The notes under the pieces are model-generated. The model did not search any database and was not told where the DNA came from. It saw only the letters and a list, made by a program, of their open reading frames with translations. 63,473 nt of DNA from Octopus bimaculoides (Eukaryota). The DNA is taken from positions 64,652,168 through 64,715,640 of the forward strand of contig NC_068984.1 in NCBI RefSeq assembly GCF_001194135.2, given 5' to 3'. Position numbers and translations under genes: made by a program. Below are positions 51,470 through 63,473 of the stretch, piece by piece; position 1 is the stretch's first letter; every line of letters starts with the position of its first letter.

Positions 51470-51865
51470 TAGGTGTAGGCGTGGCTGTGTCGTAAGAAGT
51501 TTGCTTCCCAACCACATCGTTCTGGGTTCAGTCCCACTGCATGGCACCTTGGGCAAGTGTCTTCTACTATAGACTCGGGCCAACCAAAGCCGTGTGAGTG
51601 GATTTGGTAGACGAAAAGTGAAAGAAGCCCATCATATATGTATGTATCTATGTATGTATGTATGTATGTGTGTGTGTCTGTGTTTGATCCCCGCCATCGC
51701 TTAACAACCAATGCTGGTGTATATCCCCGTTACTTAGCGGTTTGAGAAAAGCGACTGATAGAATAAGAACGATGAATAAGTCCCGGGGTCAATTTCTTCG
51801 ACTAAAACTCTTTAAGCCGGTGCTCCAGCATGGCCGCAATCAAATGACTGAAACAAGTCTAAAAG
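51470..51865 (+). mobile_element. Full-length SINE family B
   Basis: Colinear with 21525-21950. Confidence 0.88.
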
Positions 51866-52739
51866 AATATATACACACACAATATGCATTTCGTTTTTAC
51901 AATCTGTAAACTAGGTGACAGACAAACGTGGAGTAATGAGGACCACGTTATTGACGGTGTCATGAATGGCGACGAAAGAACTCTGATGAATCTGGCTGGT
52001 TGATTGATTGATAGACTGACTGACCGAACGATTAATCAAACAATCGGTTAATCAATTGGTTAACTAGTGAACTAATGATAACAACAAAAATGAAACAAAA
52101 TCAGTGAGTGTTAAGACTCTTCTGGGGGTGCTGAAAAGTTCCTGTCTTTAAGGGTGTCGCGAAAGGCCTGGTTGGCGGCCCAACCTTCCGTTTTTTTTTT
52201 TTTTTTNNNNNNNNNNNNNNNNNNNNNNNNNNNNNNNNNNNNNNNNNNNNNNNNNNNNNNNNNNNNNNNNNNNNNNNNNNNNNNNNNNNNNNNNNNNNNN
52301 NNNNNNNNNNNNNNNNNNNNNNNNNNNNNNNNNNNNNNNNNNNNNNNNNNNNNNNNNNNNNNNNNNNNNNNNNNNNNNNNNNNNNNNNNNNNNNNNNNNN
52401 NNNNNNNNNNNNNNNNNNNNNNNNNNNNNNNNGTTCTCAACAGTGACTCCCAGTGCCGCATGTGGCCCTCCAATATCCTTCTAGCAGCCCTCGATGGTCT
52501 TCCCTCTATAAATATATATATATATATATATACACAGACACACGCACACACACACACACACACACAAGCAATGCACCCCGGTGTTGCCTGGGTGTTATGA
52601 CCTACAGCTACATTGTATTATTTGTTCCTTTCTTATGGGCAGAGTCGGCACACGAGGAGTATGAAGCAAATAAATCTTTATAAACATGTTTTGCGGTCAT
52701 TTTCTGATGAACAACACTTCAATTTCAGTCTACCAAACT

Positions 52740-53045
52740 GAGTCACAAGTCTGTGATTGACCTAGGGCTATTAGTAGAAAACACTTGCCCAAGGTTCCAT
52801 GCAGAGGGACTGAACGTGAAACCATGTGGGTGGGAAGCAAACGTCTCAACTGCACAGTTATTCTTGCACCTAATGTGTGTGTGTGTTTACATTTGCTGTT
52901 CAATCGAGTATTGTGTCCCACTATGTCTCAAAGTTCATCAAGTAAAGATCTATAAAATAAATGCCAGATTGAAATACGAACTGAAGTATGACTAATTAAA
53001 TTTTTGAAGGTGATGCCCCATCATGGCGACAATCGAAAGACCAGA
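52740..53045. mobile_element. SINE family B head (minus, 52740-52860) and a separate tail piece (plus, ~52905-53045)
   Basis: gggctattagtagaaaacacttgcccaagg; ttttgaaggtgatgccccatcatggcgacaatc. Confidence 0.6.
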
Positions 53046-55089
53046 CCCAATAAAATATGTTTTAAGACTTAATCGCTTCAAATTTAAGGCAATGGATTAC
53101 GAACCACAAGATAATGAATTCAAAACTTCGAACTGAAGTTCCACTCTATACGATAACACTATATGTACATCTCAGTCTCCTTTACTTTCAACAATTAACA
53201 ATTGTAATTTGAAGTTGAATGGCAACTCTGGGCTAAACAAAACACAAACATACTTCACATTGAAAGATTATCTACTAAATAATACTAATAAAGTTGATAG
53301 TATATCTTCGCAGTTTCATTCTATCAGATTGTTCAGGCAGAGTTGCCTCACTTAGCTGAAGACCTCAAAATTGTGCGACCCGATCTCGTTTTTGAGGTTA
53401 TTTTTGTAGTAAAACAGAGTTGTTGTGCAAAAAACATGCTTTATTTGGTAGCCGAAAGTTTATTGAATCTTTTGATACCACATACGTCAAAATCGGCAAC
53501 TCAGTTTTCAAATTCATAAGGAACATACACACACACACAAATCCAGTTTTATTATATAAAAAATATATATATATATATTCTTTTATAGGTTTCGGCCCTT
53601 ATGCTGCAGCCATTCNNNNNNNNNNNNNNNNNNNNNNNNNNNNNNNNNNNNNNNNNNNNNNNNNNNNNNNNNNNNNNNNNNNNNNNNNNNNNNNNNNNNN
53701 NNNNNNNNNNNNNNNNNNNNNNNNNNNNNNNNNNNNNNNNNNNNNNNNNNNNNNNNNNNNNNNNNNNNNNNNNNNNNNNNNNNNNNNNNNNNNNNNNNNN
53801 NNNNNNNNNNNNNNNNNNNNNNNNNNNNNNNNNNNNNNNNNNNNNNNNNNNNNNNNNNNNNNNNNNNNNNNNNNNNNNNNNNNNNNNNNNNNNNNNNNNN
53901 NNNNNNNNNNNNNNNNNNNNNNNNNNNNNNNNNNNNNNNNNNNNNNNNNNNNNNNNNNNNNNNNNNNNNNNNNNNNNNNNNNNNNNNNNNNNNNNNNNNN
54001 NNNNNNNNNNNNNNNNNNNNNNNNNNNNNNNNNNNNNNNNNNNNNNNNNNNNNNNNNNNNNNNNNNNNNNNNNNNNNNNNNNNNNNNNNNNNNNNNNNNN
54101 NNNNNNNNNNNNNNNNNNNNNNNNNNNNNNNNNNNNNNNNNNNNNNNNNNNNNNNNNNNNNNNNNNNNNNNNNNNNNNNNNNNNNNNNNNNNNNNNNNNN
54201 NNNNNNNNNNNNNNNNNNNNNNNNNNNNNNNNNNNNNNNNNNNNNNNNNNNNNNNNNNNNNNNNNNNNNNNNNNNNNNNNNNNNNNNNNNNNNNNNNNNN
54301 NNNNNNNNNNNNNNNNNNNNNNNTGTTCTTCAATTGAAATAAAATTATCAATATTTTGTTTTTGAAATTCAAATGTGGATACAAGATTTGTTTGAATTGT
54401 TTCTATTTTTCATGATTTCTGTGCTGCATAAATCTTTAAAAAGTAAAAAATAAATAAATTAAAAAAAGGAAAAAGAAAATAATATATATTTATTACATTT
54501 CGGCGGTGTAATCCCTTCGTGAGCATTTGATAAAATGAGCATCATTAATATATTCCTTCGGATAAAAAAAAAATGTTTTTGTCTCTGCTCATTGTTAAAA
54601 TAAACAGCATCTTTAAATAGTCCTCAAACTAGCACTAAATGCAAATTAGGCATCCCATGTGGAAACTAATAATCATTTCTATTCACCGCTCGCTAAACGC
54701 CAACACAAGTTATTCACACCACACATAGCACACACACACACATACATTGATTTACCAAACAAAATTTTTAGCTCGAACTCCTAAAAATAGCTGCTACATT
54801 TCCCTTAAATTACAGCCTTCTGTCTTAAAACAATATTTTAAACTCTCAGTAACATAATAGTAGAATACACGACGTCTGAAAGAGTAGAAAAAAGCTTGAA
54901 CTCTCTTCAATAAAGGCTAACCTACAAACAACAAATGAAGAAGCTTTTACATAGTCGCTCAAAATATCGTAATCGTAGGATATTTCAGTTAAAATCTCCT
55001 TCAGAACATATCATGCTGTGTTTAAGAAAGGGCATACTGAATAATATAATAATAATACACAATGTTTGAATAATAAAAGACAATGTTAC

Positions 55090-56790
55090 GGCTGGAATAT
55101 CTGATGTTTGTCCACCAACTCCCAATGATGGCCTCTTCTTTTGTTTCTGTTTTCTTTCATGATGTACATTCCAATCCTTGATACGAAGCTCCGGTCACAG
55201 CCAGGGTTGGTTGGAGAGATCAGATATTAACCTAGGTGCATACCCTTTTCCTTGCTTCTCTTTGGAGTATTTAAATACGTTTCTCTTTCCTAGCTTTAAT
55301 CCTCTTTCAAAGGAGGATAGTAGGACGGATAACGATATTTCTTCCACATTTGAAGGACTGATGTTGCTCCTTTTCAAAGTGACCTTCGGTAGGTCTTTGA
55401 ACCAATTCTTTGGTCTTTCAGCCAGGCGTCGAACATGGGGCAGTTGACCGTAGAACATCTGACAAGGGAGAGGCGCACGACATGTCACTTCCACTTCAGT
55501 TTGCTTTTGAATTCAATTCTGAATTCAATGTAGTTGGGGTTGGTTCAACGAAAGATTTTGTATACATAATATTAACACATCAGAAGACTGATAACTTCTA
55601 GAAACACACAGTATTAAAAGTCTCCAAAGTCCTAATGTATCAGTTGCATCTAGAAAGTGGTATGGAAGCTCAGGTTAATGTTTAAAGAAGCCTGTCTGAG
55701 ATAATATAGAATTTGCTCAGCAGTCGTTGAAATGATACTGCCTAGGTGTTCTATCGGAGAGATGAGCCCTGTAACTGATGCAATGAGAAAGTGTTGTGTC
55801 TCTGCGTGGGGAGAGAGAGTAGGAGGGCGCTGCAGTGTTTCTTTGGCAAATAATCTCAGTTTTCTTGACGTTAATTGTCAGGTTCATTCTTTCATAAGCT
55901 ATAGCAGTTGCTCAGACGATGGTTCGTAGGTCTACTAGAGTACAGCCATCAACATTCATTCAGTCGTTCGATCTATTCAGAGCTGTGCTTGATAATGATG
56001 GCCAGCAACCTTCTGGTGCTGGAAACGTTTCCGGTGAGTCCAAAAGTAAACAATGACTTTCACTCTCCTTTCAGTTAGCGGTGTAAAAGTGTGTGTATGG
56101 AGGGGGGAGTGTCATACAAATAAGGCAGATATGAAACAGAACGGTAGCCAATACGTAACCTTACCTAACTCCTGTTCTTACAATAAAAGGCTCACCAAAA
56201 TGAACTTGAGCCACCATCCTTGTGTGCAAATAGCGAAGGAGTTTACACGAATTTGAGCGAGCAATCAAATTTTCTGAGAACATTCCACAAACGTTCCTTG
56301 TTTACAATATCAAAAGTATTTGATAGATTCGCAAATGTCATGAACAAGACTTGATATTTCATTTTAACAATTCTCCTGAAACTGCCTTGCAACGAAGATC
56401 ATGTCCACCCTACCTCTGTCTCTACAAAAACCACACTGTAACTATATGGTTTCTGATATTGAGTGGACCAGTTTCTTTTTAGCACGATCTTGTTCTAAGA
56501 TTTCTCCAGCAATGAACAACGGCGAAAGAACCCACACTTTTGGAACAAACAGATTCACTCCACTCCCTGTTTGTTTTTGTTTTTTTCATTTTCTTCCGTA
56601 AATGACAACAGTATTGGTATCCTCCAGTGTTAAAGCATTTGCCCCTGGTTCCACGTTTCTCTGAGCGTAGCAGTGAAGCGTTCTTGCGTAGAGTTAACTT
56701 GATTCCTTCAAGATCTTTAAACGTGTCAAGGTTCTCCCCTAATTTAAATGTTTTGATGGCAACTTCAGTAAAGGTCGTTGAATAGAAGAT
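55090..56790 (-). mobile_element. Decayed RTE/BovB-like LINE: reverse transcriptase through C-terminal finger and 3' UTR
   Basis: Ordered motifs across frameshifts: DTNTVVIY, IAGEIL, QCGFCRDRGRVDMIFVARQFQE, TFDIVNKERLWNVLRKF, EPFIVRTGVR*GYVL, NLTINVKKTEI, HLGSIIS, LKWK*HVVRL, QMFYGQLP..RPKNWFKD, GCDRSFVSRIGMY. Confidence 0.92.
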
Positions 56791-57682
56791 GAGAATGCAC
56801 GCACATATACACACACGCACACAAAGATATGTATATACACGCACTATAATTTAGATAGATTGGAAATGAAGTGAATAGTATACGTGAAAAATAACTAAAT
56901 AAATTGAGATATACCTTTTAGTAGGAGAAAGGAATAAATAGCAGTAAAAAAACAATAAATACCAGTAAAATTTATTAGCGACTCTCAAGAGAATGGGGAA
57001 ATAATTTTCAAAAACTCAAAATTAATGTTACAGAAAATTGAATTTTCATGCTTGGTGTGAGACTTAATAAGCGAATTAATTCTCAAGTCTGTTTTGAGTA
57101 GTATACAGATTCTTTACACATAGAAACGCAAGAAATTTTGACCCCGAGAAAGCTAATGACACGAAATGGAATGGAATGTTGGTAAAAGTCTTATACTACT
57201 TACTGATGTGAGAGTGCGCGCTTGCATTTATGCGTGCATGCGCACACTCACTCACTCACCTACGAACACAAATTGTTCTAAATGAACAGAAAAATACGCA
57301 TCCCTATGTATCTAGAGGTGCGGGTGTGATACACACAGACACACACACTCGCTCAAACATATGCTGTATTCATGTGTCCTCTGTGTGCGTGTGTGTGTGT
57401 GTGTGTAAAATAAAATGTTGCCAAACGTAAGAGAATTCCACAAATAAAAAAACTACATTGTTTATGTTTCTTTGATGTTGGTCAGCCAGGAGAGAAAGAG
57501 AGAGAAGGGGGTGAGATGGGTGGATATGTACGTATACGTAATATGTACGTGAGAATATATAATGTCTGGATACACACACACACAGGTGTGCGTGTGTCTA
57601 AGGTGAGAGAGAGAAAGGCATCTTTATATATATATATGGTAAACAGAAAGACGTGTGTTGAATCAGACTGTTACAATGTTAT

Positions 57683-57719
<37 letters not shown>

Positions 57720-57867
57720 GAAATACAGATATATTACATGTATACACGTGATAGACAGACAAACAGGCAGACAGAAATAGAAGAATAAGATATAGGGAAA
57801 TGGAGATGAATACAGAAAGAGAATACGAAATCTAAGTAATAATTTCCAAGAGAACGACGACGACGAC

Positions 57868-57900
<33 letters not shown>

Positions 57901-58186
57901 GGTGGTCACACTGTCGCTGACAACGACNNNNNNNNNNNNNNNNNNNNNNNNNNNNNNNNNNNNNNNNNNNNNNNNNNNGACACCTGACAAGGCGTTGAAC
58001 TTTCTTTCCTGTGACATTGTGGAGGAAAACTAAGATGAGAAAGCGAGAGAGACACAGACAGTGAGTGAAGGGGAAGTTAGAGATGAGTAGGCTAGAGAGA
58101 GAGGGAGGAGGAGGAGGAGGAGGAGGAGGAGGAGGTAACCCAAAGAAAGTAAGAGAATGGTAACCTAAGAGGGATAGGAGAAAGAA

Positions 58187-58226
<40 letters not shown>

Positions 58227-58438
58227 GAAAAGAGAGACACACACACAAAAAAAAGAGAGAAAACTGAGACATTTCTGTCTTATCCCTCCGGTTAAATTTC
58301 AGCAATTTAAAAACACTTGGTGAGACTTTAAATGGTATATTGATGCATTCGATACCTCGTTGTCTCACCTACTTACTGCTACACGCGTGCAAATGCCGAC
58401 AATAGCATTTTTATTTTTTTCACATCTGTACTTTATAT

Positions 58439-58469
<31 letters not shown>

Positions 58470-59134
58470 GATAAATAATAAATAATATTATATACATGAA
58501 TATATGGGTACAGGACCTCACCAAGGGTGCAAATATCATGAAATACGTAAACAAACGAGGGAAAAACGAGTGAAGGACGTAAACAACGAGAAGAAAATGG
58601 AAAAAAGGACAAGTAAACACAGAGAAAGGGCCCTTCATCAGTTGTCGGCTGTCTGTCTACTCCTCATGGTTTGCGAGCGAAAAGAAAATTGCACTCAGCT
58701 GCATAGAGTTATTTCTCAGTCAACGCAGACACACACGCATTCGATGATTTCTAGTATAAAGTCGCTTAAAGTAACGCCTATTCTTGACTCGTAACTATAC
58801 TTAATCGACCTGGATAAAAGGCAACGTTGATACCGGTAAATAGTAAACTTTGCTAGTCGTTGGGGAACTCCGACTAACTCGCAACTGATCGGCGTACACA
58901 TGATACAGGTGGGTTTAGACCCAACATGGATATAAGTTAATAACGGCATGAGGGGGTCGTGATAACGTCATGATGACCCATGCCATGGATCGAAAATGGC
59001 TAAACAGAATGGAGTTTAACAAGCGCTAACACGCTATGTTAAATACAGCGTTTGGCAACGCCAGAAGTGTTTTATGTAGAGCGGTTTTATATACACCCAC
59101 ACAAACACATACATATTTTTCTACTGTTTTTTAT

Positions 59135-59480
59135 CTTTTTTTACTTGTCTCAATAATTAGACTGAGACCATGCTGGGGCACCACATTGAAGAATTTTTAG
59201 TTGGTTGAATAAGTCCTTATTTGGTTCAGTACATATCTGTTTTTTTTTTTGTTAAGCCTGGTACTTATTCTATCAACTTCTTTCGCCGAACCTCTAAGTT
59301 ACGGGGGCGTAAACGCAACAAACACACACTCATGACGGGTTTCTTTCAGTTTCCGTCTACCAAATCCATTCACAAAGCTTTGGTTAACCCTAGGGTATAG
59401 CAGAAGACGTCCAAGATGTCACACTGGGACTAAACCCAGAACAAGGTAGTTGGGAAGCAAGCTTCTTACTTCCTGCACCT
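59135..59480 (-). mobile_element. Full-length SINE family B
   Basis: Reverse complement of the family B consensus. Confidence 0.85.
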
Positions 59481-60477
59481 ACACACACACACACACGAGT
59501 AAGACAAATGGCAAAATCCATGAAGTGGAGTAGGTAACTGAGAAAGGAAGGATTGAAAATCATATATACAGAGATTGTTCATTGGCGGGAAACATAATAC
59601 ACTTTTTCTTAGCCGCAGATTAGATTTAGATGAAGGGTTCTAGACGTCACAAAACGTCTTTTTTTTATGTATATCAGGGACTGCATCCTCTTATGCCATA
59701 TTTTATACAGGTTGTTTTCGTTCTTACATCGGATCGTGTGACTTGAAGATTTGGTTTGCTATTCCTAGTTGTTCGAACGACTGTGTAAGTGCTGCCTCGT
59801 GTGTGTGTGTGTTTTATTACTTAGTAGGTCAACCTTGATCGAGCAAGGTCTATTATAAAAGGTTTTCCAACCACGGCCTGTGTTTTTTAAAGGGTGTATC
59901 TAGGACATTACCTAATGCATGTCCTCTTTTTTTGTTTTTTAAGACGGTGTGATTTACAGGAAACATGGATGATATTCCATGCATGACAAACGACCACGTA
60001 AATGTTCCTCAATTAGCTACCGTGTGTGTGTATATATAGTTCTGTGCATGGCACTTACCAAACTTGTCATGCAAAACTTTGGGTTTTTGAGCTACTGTTG
60101 TCGAATGAAAATAATTAGTATGTGTGTGTGTGTGTGCGCCCGTGTGTGTGCAAGACACAACACCTAGTTCTTAGGATCACTTTCAATCAATGTCAATGTC
60201 GAATAAAAATGCAAAATTTGTATTCATTTATATATATCTTAAAGCAAGCACCACACGGCTAGCATTCAAGTAGGAAACACCAGCTGAGAAATACATGCAT
60301 ATACATATTCATAATTACGAACAACATATGAACATAGATAGATAGATAGAGAGAGCTATAGAGATAGAGAGAGAAACCGGAAGTCGTGTCACCGGAAGTT
60401 TTCTCAAACAACATAAATTTCTCATATAGAGACCGACAAAAGCAATTAAAACAGTTTTAATTGCTATTTTTATAATC

Positions 60478-60700
60478 CTTTCTACTATAGGCCACAAAGC
60501 CTGAAATTTTAGAGGAGAGATCTATCGATTACATCGGCCCCACGGTTTCACTGGTACTTATTGTGTCAAATACGAAAGGATGAAAGACAAAGTCAATATT
60601 GACGGAATTTGAACTAAGAAGATTTAAAAAAAAAAAAAAAGCGAGAAAAGTTGCGAAGCATATTGTCCGGCTTGATAACGATCCTACCAGTTCGATGCTG
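60478..60700 (-). mobile_element. SINE family C copy
   Basis: cgaaaggatgaaagacaaagtcaatattgacggaatttgaac...gataacgatcctaccag. Confidence 0.75.
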
Positions 60701-60894
60701 TTATTATAATAATAAACCCTACTTTTTACCTACATTTTCCCTTATGTTTGTATATATACGTATGTGAGTATATATAAACATACCAACATATATACATACA
60801 TCCAGATACCACACAACACGCACATTTATACCTGTCTACATATGGATTCATTTGACTGTGTAAGTCTATCGACACATCCACACCACGTAGTTTT

Positions 60895-61551
60895 GCGTAC
60901 AGCCCTACTGCGTGACATCTTGGGATACTACAGCCCCGGGCACGAAATTTGTTTTTCCACGAGAATTCCGGACCCTAGTTATGAATTCATTTGCATACAG
61001 CCAATCAGAACTCAACTATCAAACTGAGCGCATAACATGTGGTGGGCGATAAGATAAGGTCACTTGGGTAAGGAAGGAATGACCATGCTTCTTATCTCTT
61101 TTAATAATACTTGTTCTTGTTTCAACCATGACTGCCTCTGCGTAGTTACTTGTGTTGTTACTTACTTTGTAAAACAGGGAAGAGGATTGCTTACACATCA
61201 ACCTCTACTTATGTTTTCACCATCCACATCTTTACTATATGGAGCCCTAACAAAATCCGATAATAGGTATAGATGCAAATCTATCTAATAACCTGTCTCC
61301 TTCTGAAATAAGGGATAACTTGGCGATCAGTCGACTTACAACACCGTTCTTCGTCTTCAGTTTACTTGGTAGAATGTGTTTGTTAACTTGACAACAAGGT
61401 CAAGGCGAGCTCTGATTGGCTGTATGCAAATGAGTTCATTACTGGGGTCCGGAACACTCGTGAGAAAATAATTTCGCGCCCCGGGCCGACCAAATCCTTT
61501 TGAGTCAATTTGATAGATAGAAACTGTGCGTATGAGTGAGTGAGTGAGTGG

Positions 61552-61642
<91 letters not shown>

Positions 61643-61895
61643 AGGGAAAGAGAGGAGACAGATACTGTGTGTAGGTCCTTGTGCTTGTGTCTGTCCTCAC
61701 CCCACATCACCGCTTGGCAACCGGTGTTGATTTGTTTATATCCCTGCAACATAGCAGTTCGGCGAAAGAGAGATTGATAAGAATAAGTTCTAGTATACTT
61801 TTTAAAAAGTACTAGATCGATTTGCTCAGCTAAAACCCTTCAAGGAAATGCCCTAGCATGGCCGCTGTCCAATGACTAAAACATGTAAAAGATAG
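60895..61895 (+). mobile_element. SINE family B split by a MITE
   Basis: Head (ctactgcgtgacatcttggg...tactacagccccggg) resumes after the insert as ccccgggccgaccaaatcc...; tail continues to ~61895. Confidence 0.8.
60941..61478. mobile_element. MITE with ~73-bp imperfect TIRs and a CCCCGGG-centred duplication
   Basis: 60941-61013 is the imperfect reverse complement of 61407-61478. GCCCCGGGC is directly repeated at both junctions. Each TIR carries ATTTGCAT and CCAAT. Confidence 0.88.
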
Positions 61896-62208
61896 ATACA
61901 TAACACATGCACACGCACACACACAAGGGGCGAAATATGTAGGAGTTCCAGCTGGTGTGGTGTTGATATCTGATTACTTAACATTTTGACTTCGATGGCG
62001 CATGCGTGTGACTATACACGGATGCGCGCACGTTGCTGATGAATGATTAGGTAAAACAGAGTAAACAAACCGCGATACCAAGTTTACGTCTTCACTCAAT
62101 ATAGCATGCGCTGCAATATATTCGTAATACACATACAGTTATGCAATAACATATACCAAATTTCGACTTTCATGATTATCATTTAATCTAGTAACCTATG
62201 TGTGTGTG

Positions 62209-62229
<21 letters not shown>

Positions 62230-62266
<37 letters not shown>

Positions 62267-63140
62267 AACAAAGGCGCAATAGAGAACAATAAAATATTCG
62301 GACTGATAGACGATACAAAGGCGGACAGGAAAAAAGACCTTCTTTCATCAGTCAAGTGTACCAGAAGTCCTTACTGTTTCGGGCAGTTACACTTGAGACA
62401 GTTCGATCTGGTTGCCCCGCAAAAAGTCAGAGTTAAGAGCATTAGAATTTTTTGTAAGAAAGCTACCGAATATGTACAGCAACAAAGACAGTAACAAATG
62501 CAAACAACAAGAAAATAACAACAGGTGTCTTTCGACTGAGAACGAATCAAATTGAGTTGGTGTGTATGAAGTGAAAGCCTAAAGGCAGGAACATGGGAGA
62601 TGGACATAAGAGGTGTTGGCGGTTGGCAGTCAGGCCAAGAAAGAAAGATCATGGCTGGCTGGACACCGGTCACGTGGAAGGAGGAGAGAGGGGTAGGGTG
62701 CAGTGGGTTGAAGGACTAGAAAAAAAACATCAGAGGCAACGGGAGAGGTACAAGGGAGATAAACAAGGAGGAAAGGTATGAGTTAAAGAAGGAGAGGGCC
62801 AAGAAATGAGAGAAAGAGAGAGAGAGATAGAAAGAGAGAGAGAGGGAGAGAGAGAGAGAGAAAGCGAGAATAAGAAAAGAGGAAGAAAGTATGAGGGACT
62901 AAAAGATAGAGTAAGAGTCACACAAAATTTAGATAAATACCTACTATAAGGTGAGCACATGTGTGTACGTACGCCGCTATATGTATATATAAATATTAAG
63001 AAATGGAACAAAAACGCAATAGAGGACAATAAAACAATCGGACAGATAGACTATGCAAAGGCGGACAGGAGAAACAACAATTAGAAGGACAGGTCATTCG
63101 TGGCCAGGTCAAGACAGGTCATTCATGGCCTTCTTTCATC
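62230..63140 (-). mobile_element. Penelope-like terminal-repeat relics, partly duplicated (62265-62345 vs 63005-63075)
   Basis: ggaacaaa..cgcaatagag.acaataaaa...cgga...ataga...caaaggcggacagga is repeated. Minus strand contains CCCGAAACAGTAAGGACTTC, similar to the 48.5 kb motif, and a CTGATGA. Confidence 0.45.
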
Positions 63141-63452
63141 GATAGCTTCGGGCCAACCAAAACGTTGTAAGTGGATTTGGTAGGCGGAAACTAAAAGGCC
63201 GTCGTATATATGTATGTGTATGTGCATCTATCTATCTATCTATCTATCTATCTATACATATATATATATATATATTGTATATACATGTACAAGATACACA
63301 CACACATATTAGGTATATACATGTAGAAGATGTATATATAGGCGCAGTCCCACTGCGTGGCAGCTTGGGCGAGTATCTTCTACTACAGCCTTGGACCAAC
63401 CAAAGCCTTGTGAGTAGATTGGGTAGACGGAAACTGAAAGAAGCTTGTCGCA
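63140..63452 (+). mobile_element. Two SINE family B head fragments
   Basis: cgggccaaccaaaacgttgtaagtggatttggtaggcgg; gtcccactgcgtggcagcttgggcgagtatcttctactac...ggaaactgaaagaagc. Confidence 0.8.
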
Positions 63453-63473
63453 TATATATATATATATATATAT

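Noticed and set aside
52110-52495. Mariner-like TIR pair (gggggtgctgaaaagttcc ... agcagccctcg)
   Set aside because: End-to-end similarity is weak and most of the interior is a gap.

Overview
Eukaryotic, AT-rich, gap-containing scaffold dominated by microsatellites and interspersed repeats. The repeat families and microsatellite load resemble what I recall of Octopus genomes (inference, no database check). Almost all ORF-track entries are translated microsatellites or gaps. Supported content: (1) several tRNA-headed SINE families in many copies; (2) RTE-clade LINE remnants, including a decayed 1.7 kb RT/zinc-finger fossil at 55.1-56.8 kb; (3) the 3' end of an RLE (R4/NeSL-type) LINE interrupted by a small Helitron; (4) two TIR elements, one carrying an inverted (CCCTAA)n/(TTAGGG)n telomere-type array and one with octamer+CCAAT TIRs nested in a SINE; (5) a probable solo LTR; (6) Penelope-type hammerhead-like relics. 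The first ~24.5 kb is visibly CpG-depleted and holds a chain of phase-compatible candidate exons on the minus strand. The product is unrecognised, and the best-supported chain needs an in-frame TGA, which could reflect mis-prediction, a pseudogene or null allele, selenocysteine, or A-to-I recoding. No CRISPR, rRNA or true tRNA gene was seen. No novel system is established; the best leads are ranked in the findings.
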